In this document: positions 51,564 through 61,501 of the stretch, piece by piece
Position numbering within the stretch: position 1 is the stretch's first letter
Layout of the letters: each line of letters opens with the position of its first letter
Origin: Chamaesiphon sp.
Lineage (GTDB): Bacteria > Cyanobacteriota > Cyanobacteriia > Cyanobacteriales > Chamaesiphonaceae
DNA: 64,000 nucleotides
Reading direction: 5' to 3'
NCBI GenBank assembly: GCA_965246715.1
Contig: CBDFFH010000037.1
Coordinates: 64,001-128,000, forward strand
Program-made: the position numbers and the translations under genes
The notes under the pieces: generated by a model
Told to the model about the DNA's origin: nothing
What the model saw: the letters and a program-made list of their open reading frames with translations, nothing else
The model's database searches: none

Positions 51564-52421
51564 ATGTTTTCTCCATCCGATCTTACTTCCCCAAATTTCG
51601 AGCCACAAAGCCCGCTCCCTTCCGTTAGCCTCGATTGGTCTTCACAAGAGTCTATTTCAGCTCGTGCCAGCATTGTCGGAGAGCGACTCGCGCTCAAATC
51701 GCTTGAAAGCATCAAGCCGTTAGCAACCAATCCATTAATCGTTCGTGCGGGGGCCACGGGTTTCGCTGTACTCCTTCGCTACGGTGCGATCGTGACATTC
51801 AACCTCAGTATCGAGGAAGAACGCAAACTGCTAAAAACGCTCGCGTCCCATATTCGCGACCCCCTCAAAGCTACAGCATCGGAAGTTCTGGCGATCGCAT
51901 TTCGCCCGAATGTGAATGAGCGATTGGAAAGTGAAATTCTCTGGTTGCAAGAATGCAGTGCGGAACGCTTACAAATTGTTGCAGAAGCGTTGGGCAAAAG
52001 TGTCGTACTAGACTATTACGAACAGGAAATATCGCGCCTATTTGAAAGCATCAAACCATTCACTACTGCCATTCAAGGGAAAAACCTCCGCCCGCCCAAG
52101 GAGAAAGAATTACTTAGCTACATTGGTGGCATGTTGCTCATCCAGCAAAAAATGCTCGGCATTGTTGAAGTAGGCGAAAGGCCAGATGCGACCTGGGATC
52201 GCCCAGAATTAGGTCGCTTGTACTTGCGACTTGAAGATGAATACGAACTACGCGAGCGATTGGTGGCTTTAGAGCAAAAGCTAGCACTGATTTCTAAAAC
52301 CGTAGAAACTGCCCTGGGGATTTTACAGCGCAACAGCAGTCACCGCGTGGAATGGTACATTGTTATTTTGATTGTTGTGGAAATTGTCTTGTCAATTTAC
52401 GATTTATGGATGAGGAACTAG
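51564..52421 (+). CDS. RMD1/DUF155 family protein
   Basis: YGAIVTFN, L.KSVVL..YE, YELRER, EWYIVILI. Confidence 0.85.
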   Translation: MFSPSDLTSPNFEPQSPLPSVSLDWSSQESISARASIVGERLALKSLESIKPLATNPLIVRAGATGFAVLLRYGAIVTFNLSIEEERKLLKTLASHIRDPLKATASEVLAIAFRPNVNERLESEILWLQECSAERLQIVAEALGKSVVLDYYEQEISRLFESIKPFTTAIQGKNLRPPKEKELLSYIGGMLLIQQKMLGIVEVGERPDATWDRPELGRLYLRLEDEYELRERLVALEQKLALISKTVETALGILQRNSSHRVEWYIVILIVVEIVLSIYDLWMRN

Positions 52422-52492
52422 CCTCTTGCTCCGAGAATACTGTGGACGATCGAGATTTTTCGTCAGAAATCTTTAGCGGGTTATGTTGCTAC

Positions 52493-52886
52493 TAAGTAGC
52501 TAAGTGGAATTAAATATAAAACGATTGAGAGTGTAGTTATGTCGATCGCCACGAGCCTTCATTCCATCCATCACGGCGACAGCCAAGTCATACTGATTAT
52601 CAAATATTCGTCCAGTCAACTCATGATTTTTGAGTTGATGCCATTGACCCTCAATTGGATTCATTTCTGAACAGTAAGGGGGTAAAAAGAAGATTGATAG
52701 CCCTTGCTCCTGCGATCTGGTAAATTGTTGACGGACAATTTTACTATTATGTAAAGAGCCATGATCTTGTACCACAACAGTTAATCGACCTGTTAGTGCT
52801 AGAGTAGTCGCCGCTTTGTTGGCAACCCAATCCATGACTTTAATGTAGCTTTGACTATTTTATATTTAATTGTCCTTACCTACTTA
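52493..52886 (-). mobile_element. Shorter IS630 deletion derivative (394 bp)
   Basis: Same ends as 44380..45056; left end fused directly to the 3' part. Confidence 0.85.
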
Positions 52887-52942
52887 AGAGGTTGGATCGG
52901 CCGATAAACTGGTTGCCATATCCAGCCTATTCATTATTGCAA

Positions 52943-53617
52943 CTAATCGATCGGCTGTCTGCACTCAGCGCTATCGTTTTTAGGACTATTCACCAGACTG
53001 CTGACAGGATAGATCTTCATCTCTACTGCTGGATAGGGTTTGAGTAAAGTTTGCAAACTACCGATTTCACCAAAGCTGGGGTCGAGCCACAGATTGTAGT
53101 CGTTGCGATCGAGAATCACAGGCATTCGATCGTGAATTGGTTCGACTAAATCGTTAGCAGCGGTCGTAATAATGGTACATGTTTCCAAAATATCCCCACC
53201 AGGACTTTCCCACCGTTCGTACAAACCCGCAAACGCAAACAGTCGCTCGTCCTGCAAACCGATAAAATAAGGCTGTTTCTGGCGGCTCCCTGCCACCTGT
53301 TGCCACTCATAGAAACCAGTAGTTGGAATCAAACACCGCCGTTGCCGAAAGGCGGAGCGAAAGGATGGTTTTTCACTCACAGTCTCGGCTCTAGCGTTAA
53401 TTAGCTTGTAACCGATCTTCGGATCTTTAGCCCAAGCTGGAATCAATCCCCACTGCAACATCTGTAATTGGGGCTTAGAAGTATCTGGCAACCGCACAAT
53501 TGCCGCCACCGACTGAGAGGGCGCAATATTATAACGCGGTGGCAAGTCGTCGCTCTCTACTCCAAACACCGCCGCAATCTCTGCTACCGAACTCGATAGA
53601 GAAAATCTACCACACAT
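52943..53617 (-). CDS. SRAP family abasic-site protein (YedK/HMCES-like)
   Basis: MCGRF, RYNIAP, INARAET, FYEW, HDRMP. Confidence 0.95.
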   Translation of the reverse strand: MCGRFSLSSSVAEIAAVFGVESDDLPPRYNIAPSQSVAAIVRLPDTSKPQLQMLQWGLIPAWAKDPKIGYKLINARAETVSEKPSFRSAFRQRRCLIPTTGFYEWQQVAGSRQKQPYFIGLQDERLFAFAGLYERWESPGGDILETCTIITTAANDLVEPIHDRMPVILDRNDYNLWLDPSFGEIGSLQTLLKPYPAVEMKIYPVSSLVNSPKNDSAECRQPID

Positions 53618-53859
53618 AATCTTTCCCCCTTTACCCTTTCCTCACCCAACCAGAACCCAACCAGATTAAAACCCGCCCTCACCAATGGTATATCCCCATA
53701 GGTCGTAAACCGAGGCGATCGACGACGGCACCTCAGTCGCCTGAGAGAACATAGAGGGCGATCTCCCGATCGCGTCTGATGATAGTACTAGTATACTCTT
53801 TCCGAAACAAGTAGTAAAGGTTAGTACCCCGCTTTGAAATTATTTGGTGGTTTGATTCC

Positions 53860-54593
53860 GATTTTGATAAATAGGCTGTCAAGGTAGCCGCTACTTGTTT
53901 TGGATCGTAACCTGGTTTTACTTTTAATAAACCTACATTAACATTAGTTTGGGATTGGCGGGGTAACAACCTGAGATAATTATCCTGACTAGTCATCATA
54001 TGACCGTCAGCACCAAAAGAAGAACCAAGTTGAAATAATCCCTCAACAGATATCGTGCGGCGTTCGATCTCGGTAGTTACAGTTTTACCAGCTTTTACAT
54101 CAGCGATAACTTTGTCATAGGTACCTCTATCTTTTGAGTCAAATAGTAATGTATCTGGTTGTTTAATTCTATCTAATTGTTTATTAACTTCTGTGAAATT
54201 AAATGCCGGTCGATCGAGATTAAAGCCAATGATTAATAAACTTTTCTTTTCACGGGTTTGGGGATTTTTCCAAGTTATCGGGCTGACATACATGGCATCT
54301 GCTGACTCTACTCCCGTGACATCCATCGCCTGATATAGTCGGCGACGTGGAAATGTAGACATTGCTGTAAAATTTAATGCTTGGGGACTAAAAATAATTA
54401 CATCGGCATTTAACATCAAATGCAATCGCGTTGCACCATTAAATAAAGCACCTTGAAAACCTAACTGTAATAAGATCGAAATATCGGCAAAAGCCACACC
54501 CGCGATCGCGGCTGCAAATCGGCTTTTATGATGGGTAAGTTGCAGCCATCCTCATGGCGTTCTGCGTCTAATTACTTGGATGAGATTTAGCAT
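53860..54593 (-). pseudogene. devC: DevC-type ABC permease with internal stop and C-terminal truncation
   Basis: RRRTP*GWLQL..GVAFAD..QLGF; TGA at 54552-54554; TM region missing. Confidence 0.75.
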
Positions 54594-54635
54594 TAGACTT
54601 ACTATAATAAATAGTTGTTTTTCATTAATTCTCGC

Positions 54636-55350
54636 TTACTGAGAATCCAGTGAAATTACTGCTTGAATTTGTAAATTGGTAAATTTAGATGCTTTCTGGC
54701 TCGATTCTGGATCTAAAGCCACATGAACTTCGACGATGCGATCGTCAATATTACTAGTCGGATCGGCATTAATTGTATTTTGACGTTTGACTTGAATGCC
54801 GACTCGTTCTACCGTTCCTTTTACTTCGCTAGGGATAGAACTGCTAGTGATTTTTGCTATCTGTCCGACGCGAACTTTATTAACATCACTTTGATAAACT
54901 TCGACCACTCCATACATGCGTTCGGTTCTCCCAATATCTGCAATCCCATTCGTCCCTACTACTTCCCCAGGACGCGCATAAATTTGATAAATTTGACCGT
55001 CTTGCGGTGACTTAATATAAGCTTGGGCTAAATTTTGCTCGGCGCGTTGTTGGGAGGCGATCGCACTTTTGACATCGGTTTCGGCAGCCATCACATCGAC
55101 TGAACGCACCTCAGCAATTTTATTTAAAGTAAATTGACTTTCTTTAATCTGTTGCTGCATCGACGTTTCGATCTTACGTAAATTAGCCTTTGCTTCATTT
55201 ATTTGTTGTTGTCCCGATCGTTCGATTCGGCTTAAATTAGCCTTGGCTTCGGTGATTTGTTGTTTCCCAGAAGCTTGAATCCGTTTTAAATTTGCCTGTG
55301 CCTGATTGACTTTTTGCTGTGCTGTTTGTAAAGTTAACCGTTTAGTATCG
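54636..55350 (-). pseudogene. devB: DevB-type HlyD adaptor, N-terminally truncated
   Basis: AEVR.VDV, EVYQSD, D.RIVEV, TNLQI. Confidence 0.75.
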
Positions 55351-55641
55351 CCGATCGACCGATCGCGTGTAGTCGATAATCTGATGGAGTTTATGTTGAA
55401 ATCTCTGGCACAACCGCTCCCAGGGGGAATCAAAGATTGATGAAGATGTTAAATATCTGTCTTTTGAGTAAGCTGTCCTAGATGATGATGCGATCGAAAA
55501 CCTGTCCCATTAGCCTTGCAGAACATCCGATCGCTAGCCAGAAGTGTTATTTGTGACTTGAAGGTAAAGTTGGCCACATTAGATACTTAAAGCTGGCCAC
55601 ATCAAAGCCTGTAGCTCCTATCGTATTGTTAGGTCAGAATG

Positions 55642-55850
55642 TAAGGGACTTACAAGTAAAAAATAATTCCAGCTTTGATTCTGGGGTGTAGAAAATATCA
55701 ACAAACCATTTACCAAGATTCAGTTGCTCACCTTGTACTTCTAAACAAGTTAATCGTTGAATTTGATTTTCCACCTCTACCATTGCTTGTTTAGTAAGTT
55801 TGACCCCAGTTTTATAGATTTCAAATTTGACTACAGGATTTCCCCCCTTC
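55642..55850 (-). mobile_element. Transposase C-terminal fragment (ISAzo13-like)
   Basis: KG.NPVV..YKTGVKLTKQAM.E.E.QI.RL..LGKWFVDI. Confidence 0.5.
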
Positions 55851-55914
55851 CTGTTGCTACAAGCGATCTCTTAAATACAAGGTGTTAAATTTATTTAACT
55901 TGTATTAAATGGTA

Positions 55915-56298
55915 CTTTTGTACTCCGAGCAAATGATGTTCTAACTTCCAGCCAAACTATTGCTCGAGCTTCGCCACAAATTCCGATCCTGCAAAAGTGC
56001 TGTCGATCCAAATCACTTTTAGGCACTGCCACAACCAAGCCCAAAACGTGGCTAGTAAAATCATCCCTGCATGGTCAGAGCGTCCAGCACTATGAACACA
56101 GACACCCAGCAGCAGACCCATCAGATCGACCAGGATGGTTCGGTTACGTCCCTTGACCTTCTTACCACCGTCAAATCCAATGTCCTCACCCCCACTGGCT
56201 GTTTTCATCTGTGAGGTCTGTATCGTATGCTAGTCTTATCATTTTTGGGTCTTTGCTCGACCCTTTTACTCTACAACCTTCTTTTCAAACAAGTTCTG
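55915..56298 (-). mobile_element. IS5-family transposase fragment
   Basis: GFDGGKKVKGR.R.ILVD.MGLL. Confidence 0.7.
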
Positions 56299-56444
56299 AG
56301 GAAGAGGATCGATCGATCGATTAGTAATTTGGTGGTCAGAATTGTCATGAAGGCTCTCGAAGAGCGGCAATCGAAGTAGAGAAGCCCCACTTTCCGAGGG
56401 TAGATAAGATAGGGCTACTAAAAGCCCTAATTACTGTCCGAAAT

Positions 56445-58829
56445 CTACTGCCAGTTACCAATTAAAACAAATGGTGCCCAGTAGTAAGGAGAATGATATT
56501 TAGGATTGCGGAGCAAAGTTTGTTGCGCCTGTCGCAAGGATTCACCCTTATTTAAATTTTTAATGACTAGATTTTGGTAAAGACTAACCATTAACTCTTC
56601 AGTTGCTTCATCATTAACCGACCACAAAGAAGCGATCGTACTTTTAGCTCGCGCCCTAATCGCTATACCAGCTAGCCCTAGTGTAGCGCGGCGATCGCCT
56701 CTAGCTGTCTGGCAAGCACTCAATACTAATAGCTCGATCGCATTTCCCGATCTAGTCCCACGATCTTTGAGCAGATTACTAAACCGATCGAGATTCAATC
56801 GATCGTTCCAAGTGAGAATATATGTGTCTTCAGCTGTAGAACTAAATTGTCCGTGAGTTGCAAAATGGACGATCGGGGCATTACTAGCAACTAAATTATT
56901 CGATACGAGTTGATTATTAAATCTTTCGTTGAGCAGTGTTTGATGAGGCACCAACCGACCGATCGATTCGATTTCGGATTTGGCATTTGGTAATGCCGAA
57001 AAATCTTGATTACTTTCTGAAATACCACCCAACAGTACTTGAGGTCGAATTCGATCTGTGGACTCTCGGGGTGGAACTAGTTGTAATCCTGGAGTCAGGG
57101 CTATATTATAACTTTCGACTAGATATTTTTTCCCATCGTACAATACTGACATCGGAATATTTCGGAAGGATCCATCCAAAACGAAGACTAAAGTTTTAGT
57201 ATTAGCTTTAGTCAGATCTCCTGTGACGGGAGCTACTAGGAAGTCGTAGATTTGTTTAGACTGTTGTTTGAACGCTTTCTCTTGCTGGGAATTAAAGTTG
57301 GGATCTTGGATTTTACGTTGGAGTTCAGTAATCGTATTTTCAACTGTTGCTGTAGATATTTTTTGACTATAGTATCGTAATGGTTGTCCGGGAATAGAAG
57401 CGATCGTTGCTACTCGATCGGGTAAAATAATTGGATAAATTACCGCAGCAGTTCGATCGATCTTATCTAATCGAACGGTATACGTATCTAAGCAATCCTG
57501 GCGGAGAAAATTTTCTAATTCGGCAACTTGTAAGGATTCGATCGTATCGCGAGCATTTGCCAGATTTTCTTCAGAGATTGTCTTACCATCTTTGAGTAAG
57601 AGGTTGACGTATTCTCGATAGACAGGTTCGACGCTATCGCGGAATGAAAATTGGAGATCGGTATCGATCGCATTGAGATCGTTGCGTAATAATTTGAGAT
57701 GATTAATCGCTTGGCGATAAGCAGAAATTGCAGTTTCCAGATCTCGATCTTTAGGATTGCTAGCAGCGATGATTTTACCCAATTGCCAATCGAGTCGATA
57801 GGCAAGATCGGGGGCTGGTAAATTTTCAGCAATCGTTAAAGCTTGTTGAGTTAATTTTTTTGCTTCTTGACTTTGCCCAGTCATGGCGTATAAGCTACCC
57901 AAAGACCCGATCGCTTGAGCTTCGCTGCGCGGATCTTTGATGCTTCTAGCTCGATCGATCGCAGTAGTTAATAACCGCGCAACTGGTAGTAATAATTCTC
58001 GATCGAGAGTGCTATTATTTTTGTTCTTAATGGTTTCTGCTAACTTGATATAAGTATAAACCGTACTACGGCTGGGCGCAATTGCCTCTAAAATCTGACG
58101 ATTAGATTGTAAAAATTTTAATGTGTTCGGTACACTGGTAACTGGGGTCGATCGATACACATTAATCTGAGCCTGTACTCGAATTAATGGTGCAGCATCT
58201 GGAGCGATCTTTTGATAGATCTCGATCGCGGCTTGTTGTTGTTCGTTCCCACCAATTAAGCTGAGTGTATCACCTAAGCCTAAATTGATGCGATCGATCG
58301 CGGCTCGATCTTGAAGCTTTGTAGCCGTATTTAGGGCTTGAATTAGTATTTCTTTAGCACCTAAAGTTACTCGATCGTTCTCTATTCGTCTTTTATCTAG
58401 GATTCTTAGGGCGCGGAGGGAGTTACCTAATTCGATTAGTCCCCGCAGTTTGAGATCTGAATCTGGCTGGTTTTGAAGGGTGGTATTAACTTCTTGGAGA
58501 GTCGATAGTGCTTGACGATAAAACCCTAGCGATTGGAGTGCTTGAGCTTGATTGATTTTAGTACCGATGATTCCCTGAGTGTCTTTAATTTGGATATAAA
58601 GTTGATGCGCTTGTTGCCAATTTGTCAAGGCAAGATCGGGATTACCTGCGGCTAAAAATGCTGCCCCACTTTGATTTAAGTTTTGAGCGGCTTTGAGGAG
58701 AGAATTATTAGAGTCTACAGTTTTATTGACAGTAGTTGATGTTGGAATGGATAAGACCCGATCGGCTACTGGTAAAATTGCTAAGCCACTTATTAAGAAG
58801 ATCGATAGATATATTTTAGAATGATTCAT
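56445..58829 (-). CDS. Exported TPR-CHAT domain protein
   Basis: Signal peptide, TPRs, HFATHG and VLSAC dyad, PYYWAPF. Confidence 0.92.
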   Translation of the reverse strand: MNHSKIYLSIFLISGLAILPVADRVLSIPTSTTVNKTVDSNNSLLKAAQNLNQSGAAFLAAGNPDLALTNWQQAHQLYIQIKDTQGIIGTKINQAQALQSLGFYRQALSTLQEVNTTLQNQPDSDLKLRGLIELGNSLRALRILDKRRIENDRVTLGAKEILIQALNTATKLQDRAAIDRINLGLGDTLSLIGGNEQQQAAIEIYQKIAPDAAPLIRVQAQINVYRSTPVTSVPNTLKFLQSNRQILEAIAPSRSTVYTYIKLAETIKNKNNSTLDRELLLPVARLLTTAIDRARSIKDPRSEAQAIGSLGSLYAMTGQSQEAKKLTQQALTIAENLPAPDLAYRLDWQLGKIIAASNPKDRDLETAISAYRQAINHLKLLRNDLNAIDTDLQFSFRDSVEPVYREYVNLLLKDGKTISEENLANARDTIESLQVAELENFLRQDCLDTYTVRLDKIDRTAAVIYPIILPDRVATIASIPGQPLRYYSQKISTATVENTITELQRKIQDPNFNSQQEKAFKQQSKQIYDFLVAPVTGDLTKANTKTLVFVLDGSFRNIPMSVLYDGKKYLVESYNIALTPGLQLVPPRESTDRIRPQVLLGGISESNQDFSALPNAKSEIESIGRLVPHQTLLNERFNNQLVSNNLVASNAPIVHFATHGQFSSTAEDTYILTWNDRLNLDRFSNLLKDRGTRSGNAIELLVLSACQTARGDRRATLGLAGIAIRARAKSTIASLWSVNDEATEELMVSLYQNLVIKNLNKGESLRQAQQTLLRNPKYHSPYYWAPFVLIGNWQ

Positions 58830-58856
58830 TAGCTTAGTAATTACGACGATCTATAG

Positions 58857-60686
58857 TTAAAATGACCGATCGTAACTAAGCCCGAAGTAAAATCCGCGCT
58901 CTTGCCCAGTGCGTTTGACAGTATCGATCGAGGTGAAGGGAATACCATAATCTAGTCTGGCAGTGAAATTGTCACCACTTTGATAGCGCAGTCCTACGCC
59001 ACCGGAAGCAATGGTGCTGGGGTTGGGACTGGGACTGGGATTATTAGGTTGATTCCAGCCCAGCCCAAAGTCGAGGAAAGGTACTAATTGCAATATTTGC
59101 TTGCTCTGTGGCGGGGTAAAAATCGGTAGTCTCACCTCTGCGCTAGCGACGATCCCATTATCTGCCAGTAATAAATCTTGGCGGTAGCCGCGCACGGTAT
59201 CTTGTCCCCCCAAACCAATTTGTTCGAGCGCAAGGAGGGGTCGATCGGCTATTTGACTATCTAACTTCACCAGAAATATACTATTGGGAGCCAGCGCGCG
59301 GACATATTGAGCCTGTCCGCGCCAAGCCAAAAATTGACTGTCTGGCGAACTGGAATTGATGGTAGCACCGAGGGCATTTACCCCCAGGCTTAATTGCGAT
59401 CGAACGGCGAAGACTTGTTGGGTATCTCTGATGGTGTAGTCTTGGAAAAAGCGGGCTGTTGTCACCCGCGTCAAGCCATTAGCATCCGCACCAGGAGTAG
59501 GGTAAGCGATTCGTTCGCCGATGACGGAGAACAGATAGCCAGTATTTATCTCCCGCCGAGCTAGCGTCGCTCCGAGCGCAAATTCTTGGGATGGTGTTTG
59601 CAAGATCGGTTGGCGATAAGTCAATCCAAAATCTTGACCCATACTGTTGATATCCAACCGATCGAATGGTGGTTCGATGACCCGACTATTGAAGTTGCTA
59701 TATTGAAAGCGGAGGGTACCATTATGAGGATTGAGTGGCAACGTATAGTTGAGATCGAAGATATTACTCCCCTCACTTTTACCATAGGCAACAGCGATCG
59801 GATCGCCCAAACCCGTAAGATTATTCTGAGATAGTGCGACTTGGGCTTGAATTTCACCGACACTAGGAGAGCGATTATTGGCGATATTTACGCCTGTTTG
59901 CCAATTAGGATTTTCGATGACTTTGAGCTGGACGATGCTAGTGCCTGGTTGTTGTCCGCTCACTAGTTCCGTGCTGATACTTTTAATCAGGGGATCGAGT
60001 TGCAGGAGTCGCAAACTATCGATCAGTCGATCGATTTTGAGAACTTTACCCGTACCTAGTGCGATTCGACTCTTGATATAGTTGGGATCTAGTCGCCTAG
60101 TGCCAGTAACGACGATATCTTCGACCCTACCTTCAATGACTTGAATCTCGATCGTTCCCTCACGAACATCAATAGATTGATTGCCAGGAATATATGCCCC
60201 AGAATTGATGTAGCCATTCTTGACATATAACTGGGTAATCTCGCTGGCAACTTGGAGCAGTTGGGTAAAGTCGAGGGGTTTATTGGTATATTGTCCGGTG
60301 ATTCGATCGAGATCGGCAGGAGTAAAGACGCTGCTCCCATTAACTTTAAAGCTTGTGATAACGATCGATTCTGGTAAATTGCTCGGTACGCTCGGTTGAC
60401 TGGGGAGAGTTTGAGGAGGCGTGTTCGGGAGAATTTCTTGTGAGGGTGGAAGTTGCGGTTTGGGTGGTTCGACTGGTTGCGGTGCGGGTCTTTGGAAATC
60501 GGGACGCGGTAGGGTCGGTGTGGCTTGGGCGAGATCGCCTGGGGTTGTTAGCTGGGGAATTGGGGCTGCAAATCCAATTGCTGGATTACCTACAATCAAT
60601 AGTGTCACGATCTCACAAACACCAATTATGCCTGTCGAAGTTAAGAGTGAAGATAAAAGCTTGAATTTGGAAATCGACTTTAACAT
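58857..60686 (-). CDS. ShlB/FhaC/HecB (TpsB) family outer-membrane transporter
   Basis: POTRA (Y..NGYINSGA, IEG), VRGYRQ, terminal Phe. Confidence 0.92.
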   Translation of the reverse strand: MLKSISKFKLLSSLLTSTGIIGVCEIVTLLIVGNPAIGFAAPIPQLTTPGDLAQATPTLPRPDFQRPAPQPVEPPKPQLPPSQEILPNTPPQTLPSQPSVPSNLPESIVITSFKVNGSSVFTPADLDRITGQYTNKPLDFTQLLQVASEITQLYVKNGYINSGAYIPGNQSIDVREGTIEIQVIEGRVEDIVVTGTRRLDPNYIKSRIALGTGKVLKIDRLIDSLRLLQLDPLIKSISTELVSGQQPGTSIVQLKVIENPNWQTGVNIANNRSPSVGEIQAQVALSQNNLTGLGDPIAVAYGKSEGSNIFDLNYTLPLNPHNGTLRFQYSNFNSRVIEPPFDRLDINSMGQDFGLTYRQPILQTPSQEFALGATLARREINTGYLFSVIGERIAYPTPGADANGLTRVTTARFFQDYTIRDTQQVFAVRSQLSLGVNALGATINSSSPDSQFLAWRGQAQYVRALAPNSIFLVKLDSQIADRPLLALEQIGLGGQDTVRGYRQDLLLADNGIVASAEVRLPIFTPPQSKQILQLVPFLDFGLGWNQPNNPSPSPNPSTIASGGVGLRYQSGDNFTARLDYGIPFTSIDTVKRTGQERGFYFGLSYDRSF

Positions 60687-60748
60687 AAGAACTGTATTTT
60701 ATTTAATTAACGTCAGTTCGGGTTTTGGACTGGTGCTTAGATCTTGAA

Positions 60749-61501
60749 TTAAACTCGATCGGCTAAGAATTTCAAACCGATCGCGTCGAGCAAATCCTGC
60801 CAATTTTGAGATAGTTCGGGATCTTGGGGTTTGGCGAAATGTAAGGTGGCTAAGGTGGCGATCGCATCGTACCACAAGCCATTTTCCGCATAGAGGGCAA
60901 CTCGTTTAATAGGGGTCGAGTGTTCGATCTCTTGGCTCAAATCGGGCTGCATATCTACCCGTTGCACCCAACCATCGACAAAAAATGGCCGTTGACCGAA
61001 CGTGCAAGTCATGTTTAGGGTCAAAAACCAGTGATAGGATTTATTAGTTGCTAATGGCTCGATCGATTTGGGCAAAACAATCTGGAGTATACCTGGAGTT
61101 TGGGTGGATGCGATCTTTAGATTCTGATAGATTATTTTTGTATCTGCTGGATTTGAGTCATCCTGAAGCGTAAAGGACATATCCACGATCGCATTTTTGG
61201 CATAGGGCACGTAAAACAACAATGTCGGATGTGCCATCCCTGTCAATCCCCACACGCGATCGCCTTGCGAGTCGCGTGTGGCAGGAACTAGTGCTGTCAA
61301 CGGTCGAGCGACGACGGGACAGGCGGGATCGCGGCTGGCGGCGGCGGATCGATGACCTGTAATCCCGCGTGGGGGTGGGGGTGGGAGCTTGAGTTTAATC
61401 GGTGCCGCGATCGCGGAAAGTAGCTTAAGTTGCCAAAAAATCGGGCAGAGCGACAACCCGCCCAATCCCCACATCAATCTCCGCGCGATTTTAAGTCTCA
61501 T
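60749..61501 (-). CDS. DUF928 family protein
   Basis: LTALVP, HPT..FYVPY, YHW, GWVQR, GLWYDA. Confidence 0.9.
   Translation of the reverse strand: MRLKIARRLMWGLGGLSLCPIFWQLKLLSAIAAPIKLKLPPPPPRGITGHRSAAASRDPACPVVARPLTALVPATRDSQGDRVWGLTGMAHPTLLFYVPYAKNAIVDMSFTLQDDSNPADTKIIYQNLKIASTQTPGILQIVLPKSIEPLATNKSYHWFLTLNMTCTFGQRPFFVDGWVQRVDMQPDLSQEIEHSTPIKRVALYAENGLWYDAIATLATLHFAKPQDPELSQNWQDLLDAIGLKFLADRV

Noticed and set aside
55553..55605. Repeated TAAAG(T/C)TGGCCACAT as a Tn7/CAST-type transposon end
   Set aside because: Only two repeats, no matching partner end and no tns or cas genes; element family cannot be assigned
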